Assembly: GCA_036257565.1 (NCBI GenBank)
Contig: DATAFH010000085.1
Coordinates: forward strand, 36,937-100,936
Length of the DNA: 64,000 bases
Source of the DNA: Solirubrobacteraceae bacterium
Lineage (GTDB): Bacteria > Actinomycetota > Thermoleophilia > Solirubrobacterales > Solirubrobacteraceae
Reading direction: 5' to 3'
Part shown: positions 42,810 through 52,714 of the stretch, in pieces
How the letters are laid out: every line of letters begins with the position of its first letter
Numbering within the stretch: the first letter of the stretch is position 1
Notes under the pieces: model-generated
What the model was told of the DNA's origin: nothing
Seen by the model: only the letters and a program-made list of their open reading frames with translations
Databases searched by the model: none
Made by a program: the position numbers and the translations under genes

Positions 42810-43907
42810 GTGGCTGAGCGAGGCGCTCCCCCGACGGTCTCACCGACGCGCCGGCGACTGCTGCGGGCGGCGCGCGTGTTCTTCACTCCGCTGCTGCCAG
42901 ACGACTACCTGGAGCTGATCGATCCCCTGTGGTCGAGCCGCGAGCAGCGCGGTCGGATCGAGTCGATCACGCACGAGACGCCCGACTCGGTGACGGTGAC
43001 GATCCGGCCGGGGTGGACATGGGAGGGTCATGCGCCTGGCCAGTACCTGCGCGTGGGGGTCGTCGTCGACGGCGTGCATCACTGGCGTGCCTACTCGATC
43101 ACCTCCGATCCCGGGCGCCCGGACGGCTTCATCTCGATCACGCCGAAGCTGGTGGAGACGGGAAAGGTGTCGCCGTACCTGGTCCGGGCGGCACGCCCCG
43201 GCACGATCGTGCGGCTCGGGGGCGTGGAGGGGACCTTCATGCTGCCGGAGCCCTTGCCCGCGAAGCTGCTGTTCATCAGCGCGGGCAGCGGCATCACGCC
43301 GATCATGAGCATGCTGCGCGACCTCGACCGGCGCGGCGCGCTGCGCGACGTCGTGCACCTGCACTCCGCTCGCACGGCCGCGGGAGTCGTGTTCGGCGAC
43401 CAGCTGCGCGATCTCACGGACCGGCATCCCGGCTATCGCCTCCACCTGCAGCTCTCCGGCGCCCACGGAAGGCTCGTGCCCGCCGATCTGGACGCCCTGT
43501 GCCCAGGCTGGCGCGAGCGCGAGGCGTTCCTGAGCGGGCCGGGCGCGATGCTCGACGCCCTGACGGCGCACTGGAAGACCTACGGGGACAGCGGGCGCCT
43601 GCACACGGAGCGCTTCCAGCCGGTCATCGGCGGCGACGCCGCGGGCGGCGAAGGCGGCGCGATCGCGTTCCTGGCAAGCCGCGAGCAGGCCTCCTCGGAC
43701 GGCGGGACGCCGATCCTGGTCGCCGGCGAGGAGGCCGGTCTCACGCTGCCGTTCGGGTGCCGGATGGGCATCTGCCACACCTGCGTGGGCCGCCTGTGCT
43801 CCGGACGGATACGAGACCTGCGAACCGGGAAGGTGTCGGGCACCGAGGGCGAGATGGTCCGGACCTGCATCAACGCGCCCGAAGGCCCCGTCGAGATCGA
43901 CCTCTGA
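42810..43907 (+). CDS. ferredoxin-NAD(P) reductase-type oxidoreductase with C-terminal 2Fe-2S domain (Rv3230c-like desaturase partner)
   Basis: 365 aa. RAYSITS FAD motif, LFISAGSGITPIMSM NAD(P) motif and CRMGICHTCVGRLCSG 2Fe-2S ligands. Confidence 0.85.
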   Translation: MAERGAPPTVSPTRRRLLRAARVFFTPLLPDDYLELIDPLWSSREQRGRIESITHETPDSVTVTIRPGWTWEGHAPGQYLRVGVVVDGVHHWRAYSITSDPGRPDGFISITPKLVETGKVSPYLVRAARPGTIVRLGGVEGTFMLPEPLPAKLLFISAGSGITPIMSMLRDLDRRGALRDVVHLHSARTAAGVVFGDQLRDLTDRHPGYRLHLQLSGAHGRLVPADLDALCPGWREREAFLSGPGAMLDALTAHWKTYGDSGRLHTERFQPVIGGDAAGGEGGAIAFLASREQASSDGGTPILVAGEEAGLTLPFGCRMGICHTCVGRLCSGRIRDLRTGKVSGTEGEMVRTCINAPEGPVEIDL

Positions 43908-43923
43908 CCGACCGAGGAAGCAC

Positions 43924-45123
43924 ATGGACACGCTGATCGAGAGCCCGCTGGCCCGCCTGAGCGACGAGCAAGTCGACGACCTCGCGCGCGAATTCGACGC
44001 GATTCATGACGAGGTGTTCGCCGAGCTCGGCGACCGCGACCGCCGTTACATCACGAGCATGATCGAGATGCACCGCCGGCTGGCGGTCCTCGGCCGGGTC
44101 CTGCTGTTCGCGTCGCGCTACAAGCCGGCGTGGGTCGCGGGAACCGCGACGCTGTCGCTGGCCAAGATCCTCGAGAACATGGAGATCGGCCACAACGTCA
44201 TGCACGGCCAGTGGGACTGGATGCAGGACCCCTACATCCACTCCTCAACCTGGGACTGGGACTCGGCGTCCACGCCGGAGGCGTGGAAGCACTCGCACAA
44301 CTACATCCACCACACGTACACCAACATCCGGGGCAAGGACAAGGACCTCGGCTACAAGATCATGCGCATCGACCCGCACCAGAAGTGGGTGCCGGTCTAC
44401 CTGCTGCAGCCGATCTACAACGTGCTGCTGATGGCGTTCTTCGAGTGGGGCGTGGCCTTCCACGACCTGGACCTGGACGCGATCAAGAAGCGCGAGAAGT
44501 CCGTCAAGGCGCTCAAGCGCGAGCTCAAGGGCATGGCGCGCAAGGCCGGCAGCCAGATCGCCAAGGACTACCTCGCCTATCCGCTGCTCTCGGGTCGCAA
44601 GGGGTTCAAGAGCACGCTGACGGCCAACATCACCGCGAACATCATCCGCAACGTGTGGGCGCACGCGATCATCTTCTGCGGCCACTTCCCCGATCAGACG
44701 TACACCTTCAGCGAGGAGGAGGTCGCCGGCGAGACGCGCGGGCGCTTCTACGTCCGGCAGCTGCTCGGGGCCGCCAACATCGAGGGCAGCCCGCTGTTCC
44801 ACGTGATCAGCGGCAATCTCGGCTACCAGGTCGAGCATCACCTCTACCCCGACATGCCGAGCACCCGTTACGCGGAGATCGCCCCGCAGGTCAAGGAGAT
44901 CTGCGAGCGCTTCCAGCTGCCCTACAACAGCGGACCGTTCCTCAAGCAGTGGACCACCGTGCAGCGAACGATCCTGCGCCTCGCGCTCCCCGGCGGGCGC
45001 CCGCGCCCCAAGCCGGGACCGTACCGCGGGCCTCAGGATCGCCCGGCACCGAGCCGGAAGCCGAGCAGGCAGACGTCGTCATCGGCGGCGCCGCGCTCGA
45101 GCAGCGCCGGCGGAAGCGCCTGA
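43924..45123 (+). CDS. membrane fatty-acid (acyl-CoA) desaturase, DesA3-like
   Basis: 399 aa. His boxes HNVMH, HSHNYIHH and QVEHHLYP. The Pro/Arg/Ser-rich C-terminal tail overlaps the convergent PP2C pseudogene by 91 nt. Confidence 0.88.
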   Translation: MDTLIESPLARLSDEQVDDLAREFDAIHDEVFAELGDRDRRYITSMIEMHRRLAVLGRVLLFASRYKPAWVAGTATLSLAKILENMEIGHNVMHGQWDWMQDPYIHSSTWDWDSASTPEAWKHSHNYIHHTYTNIRGKDKDLGYKIMRIDPHQKWVPVYLLQPIYNVLLMAFFEWGVAFHDLDLDAIKKREKSVKALKRELKGMARKAGSQIAKDYLAYPLLSGRKGFKSTLTANITANIIRNVWAHAIIFCGHFPDQTYTFSEEEVAGETRGRFYVRQLLGAANIEGSPLFHVISGNLGYQVEHHLYPDMPSTRYAEIAPQVKEICERFQLPYNSGPFLKQWTTVQRTILRLALPGGRPRPKPGPYRGPQDRPAPSRKPSRQTSSSAAPRSSSAGGSA

Positions 45124-45906
45124 ACGAGCTGCGCCGGCGTCGCGCTCGGGTTGGCGCCGACCGCCGCCAGCAGCCGCTCGAGCCCCACGTCGATCGCCTC
45201 CGTCCGGCGCTCGACGAGACCGTCGGTGTAGAGGAGGAAGCCAGAGCGCGGCGCGAGGACGAAGGCCGCCTGCGACCGGACGCTCCCCGGAAGCGTGACG
45301 CCGAGCGGCGGCGAGCGCCCTCCATGAACAGGCGCACAGCGCGATCGGGTTCGACGATGACCGGAGCCAGATGCCCGGCGGACGCGAACGCGACGTTCCC
45401 GCTGTCCGGGTCGACCTCCGCGTACACGACCGTCGGGTAGCACGCCGCCTCGACCTGCTCGACGAACGTGTCCAGGTGCGCGAGGACCGCGGCCGGCTCC
45501 AGTCCCGAGCCGGCCAGCGCGCGGACCGCACTGCGCAGCTGTCCCATCGCGCTGGCCGCGACCAGGCCACGGCCGACGAAGTCCCCGACGACGATGCCGA
45601 CCCGGCCGCCGGACAGGCTGAACGCGTCGTGCCAGTCGCCCCCCACTTCGAGGTGCTCGACGGCCGGCTGATGGAGCGTCGCCACGTCGAACCGAGAGTC
45701 GCGCGGGGGAGCGCCGGCGAGGAGGCTGCGCTGCAGCGTGTGCCGACCCGCTCACGGGCCACGCGCTCGCGATTGCGTGCGGCCAGGAGCTCACGCTCAT
45801 AGTGGACGTACTCGCCGACCGCCCGAGGGGCGATCGCGTCGTCGCTGCACTGGAGCACGAGCGTCGGGACGCGCACTGCCTCGAGGTCCGCCCGATTGTC
45901 CGACAT
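45033..45906 (-). pseudogene. PP2C/SpoIIE-type phosphatase gene with two frameshifts, N-terminally fused to a fragment of an RsbQ-like alpha/beta hydrolase
   Basis: The reading passes through three listed minus ORFs. 45906..~45740: MSDNRADLEAVRVPTLVLQCSDDAIAPRAVGEYVHYERELLAARNRERVARERV. ~45740..~45318: LQRSLLAGAPPRDSRFDVATLHQPAVEHLEVGGDWHD...GDFVGRG...ASAGHLAPVIV. ~45318..45033: GRSPPLGV...LLYTDGLVERR...DDDVCLLGFR*. Confidence 0.75.
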
Positions 45907-45933
45907 GAGGTGGCTAGGGAGAGGTGGCGGTGC

Positions 45934-46278
45934 TCAGCCGGGGATGCCGAGTGCCCCGGCGCGCGACGCGTGGATCTCGAAGACACGCGTGAGGCCTGTG
46001 AGCTCGAGCACCTTCAAGACGCTTCGGCCGGTGGCGACGAGGACGAGGTCGCCGTCATGGCTGCGAGCACGCTTGAGCCCGCCCACGAGCACACCGAGGC
46101 CCGCCGAGTCGATGAAGTCCACCCCGTCGAGGTCGACCACGACGCGCCTTCCGGGGTTCTCGTCGATCGCCTGGATGAGGGCGAGTCTCAGGTCGGGAGC
46201 GCCATCGAGGTCGAGCTCGCCGCGGAGCGCGAGCACCGCGGCGTCTTCGCCATCCAGCCGTTCGACCTGCAGCTGCAT
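45934..46278 (-). CDS. STAS-domain anti-sigma-factor antagonist (RsbV/SpoIIAA-like)
   Basis: Internal ATG 46278 shares one nt with the glgX TGA (TGATG). 114 aa. VVVDLDGVDFIDSAGLGVLVGGL has the conserved phosphorylatable Ser context. Confidence 0.85.
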   Translation of the reverse strand: MQLQVERLDGEDAAVLALRGELDLDGAPDLRLALIQAIDENPGRRVVVDLDGVDFIDSAGLGVLVGGLKRARSHDGDLVLVATGRSVLKVLELTGLTRVFEIHASRAGALGIPG

Positions 46279-48375
46279 CAGCCCGTCCTGCGGAAGAGCG
46301 CGAGGCTCCGCGCGGCCACGGTCGTCACGGCGCCGGCGTCCAAGGCCTCGCCTTCGTTGAGGGCATCCGCGGTGTCGAGCATGCGGAGCCAGCGCGCGCC
46401 CCATCGCTTCGCGGGGAGCGTGAACACGAGCGGCTCGTAGTGTGCGTTGAAGAGAATGAGGAAGGTGTCGTCCACGACGCGTTCCCCCCGCGCGTCCGGG
46501 CTCGGGATCGTCTCGCCGTTGAAGAAGACGCCGATCGACTTGCCGAAGCCCGACGACCAGTCGTCCGCCGTCATCTCGGATCCGTCCGGGCGGAACCACG
46601 CGATGTCCGGGGCGTCCGCGCCGAGCGACTCACCATGGAAGAAGTGCCGGCGGCGGAACACCGGATGCGCGCGCCGGAACGAGATCAGCCGCTGCGTGAA
46701 TGCGAGCAGGGCTCCGTCTTCGTGGTGCCAGTCGAGCCACGAGATCTCGTTGTCCTGACAGTAGGCGTTGTTGTTGCCGCCCTGAGTCCGCCCGCTTTCA
46801 TCGCCGGCGAGCAGCATCGGGATGCCTTGTGAGAGGAACAGTGTGGCCAGGAAGTTCCGCCGCTGCCGTCCGCGGATCTCGAGGACCACCGGGTCGTCCG
46901 TCGGACCCTCGGCGCCGGAGTTCCACGAGCGGTTGTGGCTCTCCCCGTCGGCTCCTCCCTCGCCGTTGGCCTCATTGTGCTTCTCGTTGTAGGAGACGAG
47001 GTCGTTGAGCGTGAAGCCGTCATGGGCGGTGACGAAGTTGACGCTCGCCGAAGGTCGCCGGCCGTCGTCCTCGTAGAGGTCGGAGCTTCCGGTGAGGCGC
47101 GAGGCGAACTCGCCCAGGGTCTGCGGCTCGCCGCGCCAGTAGTCTCGCAAGGTGTCGCGGTACTTGCCGTTCCACTCCGACCACAGGGGCGGGAAGTTCC
47201 CGACCTGGTACCCGCCGGCGCCGACGTCCCAAGGCTCGGCGATCAGCTTGACCCGCGACACCACCGGATCCTGCTGGATGAGGTCGAAGAACGCCGACAG
47301 GCGGTCCACCTCGTGGAACTGGCGGGCGAGCGTCGACGCGAGGTCGAAGCGAAAGCCGTCCACGTGCATCTCCGTGACCCAGTACCGCAGCGAGTCCATG
47401 ATCAACTGCAGCACGTGAGGATGCCGCATGTTCAGGCTGTTGCCGGTGCCCGTGGTGTCGTAGTAGTAGCGACGGTCGCCGTCCACGAGCCGGTAGTACC
47501 GCCGCGTTGTCGATGCCCTTCAACGAGAGGATCGGGCCGAGATGATTGCCCTCCGCGGTGTGGTTGTAGACGACATCGAGGATCACCTCGATGCCGGCCG
47601 CGTGCAGGGCCTTCACCATCCACTTGAACTCTTGGACCTGCTGACCCTCCTGGCCCGACGACGAGTACTCGTTGTGCGGCGCGAGGTACCCGATGGAGTT
47701 GTAGCCCCAGTGGTTGCGCAGGCCGCGGTCGACCAGGTGCGAGTCGTGGATGAACTGATGCACGGGCATCAGCTCCACGGCAGTCACGCCCAGCGCGAGG
47801 AGATGGTCGATGACGGCCGGATGTGCCAGGCCTGCGTAGGTTCCCCGGAGCTGCTCCGGGACGTCGGGGTGCTGCTGCGTGAACCCCTTGACGTGGACCT
47901 CGTAGATGACGCTGTCGTCGAGCGGGACTCGCGGCGGTCGATCGCTCTCCCAGTCGAAGTACGGGCTGATCACGACCGACTTTGGCATGAACGGCGCGCT
48001 GTCGACGTCGTTGGACGAGGTCTCCGGATCCTTGAAGCGGTAGCCGAACAGCGCCTCGTGCCAACGTACCGATCCGTCGATGGCGACGGCGTAGGGGTCG
48101 AGCAGGAGCTTCGACGGATTGCAGCGGACGCCTCGGCTTGGATCGTCAGGCCCGTGGACGCGGTAGCCGTAGCGCTGCCCCGGGCCGACGTTGGGCGCGT
48201 AGCCGTGCCACACCCACGCCGCCATCTCGGTGAGGGGCGTGCGGGTCTCGGTGCCGTCGTCGTCGAAGAGGCAGAGCTCGACCAGCTCGGCGGCCTCCGA
48301 GAAGATCGCGAAGTTGGTCCCTACGCCGTCGTAGTTCGCGCCGAGCGGAAACGGCGATCCTGGCCAGAGGTTCAT
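46278..48375 (-). pseudogene. glgX: glycogen debranching enzyme GlgX, interrupted by a 1-nt insertion near 47499 (or assembly indel)
   Basis: ORF 47020..48375 (MNLWPGSPFPLGANYDGVGTNFAIFS...[22 protein letters not shown]) continues in ORF 46278..47486 ([54 protein letters not shown]...) after an extra G in GCGGCG-G-TACTAC. Confidence 0.85.
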
Positions 48376-48495
48376 GAAGCGGACCAGTATGCAAGCCTGG
48401 GCAGTAGGGTGGAGGGACCCGCACGCTGGGGCCTCGCCTCCCCGCCCGTCGCGTGCAGTTCCAATTCCCCAGGGGAGCCAGCGAGGAGTGCCGAC

Positions 48496-48696
48496 ATGGC
48501 ACCATCACAGAGGCCACCGCGGCGGGACAGCCGGCCGAGGGCGAGGACACCCGTCGAGCGGGCTCAGGAGGCCGCCGACGTCCAGCAGCGTCTCAAGCGC
48601 GAGGCCGCCGAGCGCCGCGAGGCCGCCGCGGCCAAGCCGAGGCCCACCTCGCCCACTGGACGCGGACGAGTCATGGGCCGTCGGCTCACGCCGTAA
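48496..48696 (+). CDS. small, very basic hypothetical protein (66 aa)
   Basis: ATG 48496 is preceded by GAGGAG at 7 nt. MAPSQRPPRRDSRPRARTPVERAQEAADVQQRLKREAAERREAAAAKPRPTSPTGRGRVMGRRLTP. It sits in an otherwise empty spacer. The composition is also typical of spurious GC-rich ORFs. Confidence 0.35.
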   Translation: MAPSQRPPRRDSRPRARTPVERAQEAADVQQRLKREAAERREAAAAKPRPTSPTGRGRVMGRRLTP

Positions 48697-48720
48697 CCCT
48701 GCGGATCGAGGGCTGGTGCG

Positions 48721-50886
<2,166 letters not shown>

Positions 50887-50957
50887 CGTGTCGAGGGTCC
50901 TCCTCCGGGAACGGTCCTGGTTCGCGCGCCAGCCTAGAACGGCGACGGCCGACCCTC

Positions 50958-50973
50958 TTTGTCCATTTGTCCA
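50958..50973. promoter_or_regulatory. tandem direct repeat TTTGTCCA x2 in the glnA-glnN spacer (candidate operator/promoter element)
   Basis: cTTTGTCCATTTGTCCAaag is the only AT-rich patch in the 113-nt spacer. It lies about 72 nt upstream of the glnN start codon (50886, minus strand). Confidence 0.35.
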
Positions 50974-50999
50974 AAGATCGGGGCCGCCGGCTTCGACGC

Positions 51000-52505
51000 T
51001 CAGCCGTCGAAGTACAGCGGGAACTCGTACGGGTGCGGCCGGATCTTCACGCGGTCGGACTGCTCGCGCCGGAACTCCACGTACGTCTCGATCAGGTCCT
51101 CCGTGAAGACACCGCCCTTGGTGAGGAACGAGTGGTCGGCGGCGAGCGCGTCGAGCGCCTCGTCCAGCGTGGTGGGGACCGTCGGGATGTCGGCGAGCTG
51201 CTCAGGAGGCAGCTCGTAGAGGTTCTGGTCGATCGGCTCGCCCGGGTCGAGTTCCCGCTCGACCCCGTCCAGCCCCGCCATCAGCATCGCCGCGAACGCC
51301 AGGTAGGGATTGGCGAGCGGGTCCGGGGGCCGGAACTCGATCCGCTTGGCCTTCGGCGATGGCGAGTACATCGGGATCCGCACCGCCGCAGACCGGTTCC
51401 GCTGCGAGTGCTTGAGCAGCACCGGCGCCTCGTAGCCGGGAACGAGCCGCCGATACGAGTTCGTGGTCGGCGCGCAGAAGGCGAGCAGAGCGTTCGCGTG
51501 CGCGAGCAGCCCGGCCGCGTAGTGGAGCGCCAGCGGCGAGAGCAGCGCGTAGCCGTCGGCGGAGTGCATGAGCGTTTCCCCGCTCTTCCAGAGCGATTGG
51601 TGCACGTGCATGCCGGAGCCGTTCTCCTCGAAGATCGGTTTCGGCATGAAGGTGGCTGTCTTCCCGGCCTGCTTGGCCGTGTTCTTGACGATGTACTTGT
51701 GGAGCTGAAGGGCGTCGGCCATCTCCAGCAGCGGTAGGAAGCGCAGGTCGATCTCGCCCTGCCCGGGCCCGCCGACCTCGTGGTGGTGGCTTTCGGTCCG
51801 GATCCCGAGCGCCTCGAGGACCAGCACCATCGTCCCCCGCAGGTCGCTGAGCGTGTCGTTGGGCGGCGCCGGGAAGTAGCCCTCCTGCGAGCGGTTCTTG
51901 TATCCGAGCGCCGCCAGCCCCTCGCCGCGCCGCTGGAAGCCCTGCCCGGACGTCCAGTGGCCCTCCTCGGACTCGACCTCGTAGAACGCCGTGTGCGCCT
52001 GCTGGTCGAAGGCGACGTGGTCGAAGACGTAGAACTCGGCCTCCGGCCCGAAGTAGCAGACGTCGGCGACCCCGCTGGACCGCAGGTGCTCCTCGGCCTT
52101 GATCGCGATGTAGCGCGGGTCGCGCGAGTACGGCTCGCGCGTGATCGGGTCGAGGACCGTGCAGACGACGGAGATCGTCGGCGCCTCATAGAACGGGTCG
52201 AGGATTGCCGTCGTCGGGTCCGGCATCAGCAGCATGTCCGACTCGTAGATCTCCTGGAAGCCGCGGATCGAGGAGCCGTCGAACCCGATCCCCTCGGTGA
52301 ACGCGTCCTCGTCGAGGCTCTCGAGCGCCATGCCCATGTGCTGCCACGTGCCGGGCAGGTCGGTGAACTTGAGGTCAACGAGCCGGGCGCCATGACGGGC
52401 GGCAAAGTCGAGCACGGCGCCGGGGGTCGGGGCGCGGTCGCCCACGAACGCGCGCACGTGCAGCGGTTCGGTCATCTCCGCGTTCAGACGGTCCGCGATG
52501 GCCAT
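51000..52505 (-). CDS. glnA: glutamine synthetase type I (GSI-beta-like, adenylylation-site Tyr context present)
   Basis: ATG 52505 is preceded by [47 protein letters not shown] and NLYELPPEQ (adenylylation-loop context). Confidence 0.92.
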   Translation of the reverse strand: MAIADRLNAEMTEPLHVRAFVGDRAPTPGAVLDFAARHGARLVDLKFTDLPGTWQHMGMALESLDEDAFTEGIGFDGSSIRGFQEIYESDMLLMPDPTTAILDPFYEAPTISVVCTVLDPITREPYSRDPRYIAIKAEEHLRSSGVADVCYFGPEAEFYVFDHVAFDQQAHTAFYEVESEEGHWTSGQGFQRRGEGLAALGYKNRSQEGYFPAPPNDTLSDLRGTMVLVLEALGIRTESHHHEVGGPGQGEIDLRFLPLLEMADALQLHKYIVKNTAKQAGKTATFMPKPIFEENGSGMHVHQSLWKSGETLMHSADGYALLSPLALHYAAGLLAHANALLAFCAPTTNSYRRLVPGYEAPVLLKHSQRNRSAAVRIPMYSPSPKAKRIEFRPPDPLANPYLAFAAMLMAGLDGVERELDPGEPIDQNLYELPPEQLADIPTVPTTLDEALDALAADHSFLTKGGVFTEDLIETYVEFRREQSDRVKIRPHPYEFPLYFDG

Positions 52506-52625
52506 CAGATGTCCTCCTCTCGCAGGGCTCGCGGCATTGTCGCTCCGCCGGCCGCCCGGCGTCGTTGGCCACCGGGCCAAGGTTCGCTGGCGGCAATTGG
52601 CCCTCGACCGGATGGAGAAACCGCA

Positions 52626-52648
52626 ACCGGGAATCTTCGACACCGGGA
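52626..52648. promoter_or_regulatory. direct repeat ACCGGGA-N9-ACCGGGA in the divergent glnA/amt promoter region
   Basis: ACCGGGA at 52626-52632 and 52642-52648. Related ACCGGGC at 52571 and ACCGGAT at 52607. All lie within the 209-nt spacer. Confidence 0.3.
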
Positions 52649-52714
52649 CAAAGACCCCTGGGCCTCCGCGTCCGACCATTCCGGCTGAACGTTCCCGGAA
52701 GAGGAGGATCTGTG

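Noticed and set aside
50958-50973. TnrA/GlnR (Bacillus-type) or NtcA site in the glnA-glnN spacer
   Set aside because: The sequence does not satisfy TGTNA-N7-TNACA or GTA-N8-TAC. It is therefore reported only as an unassigned direct repeat.
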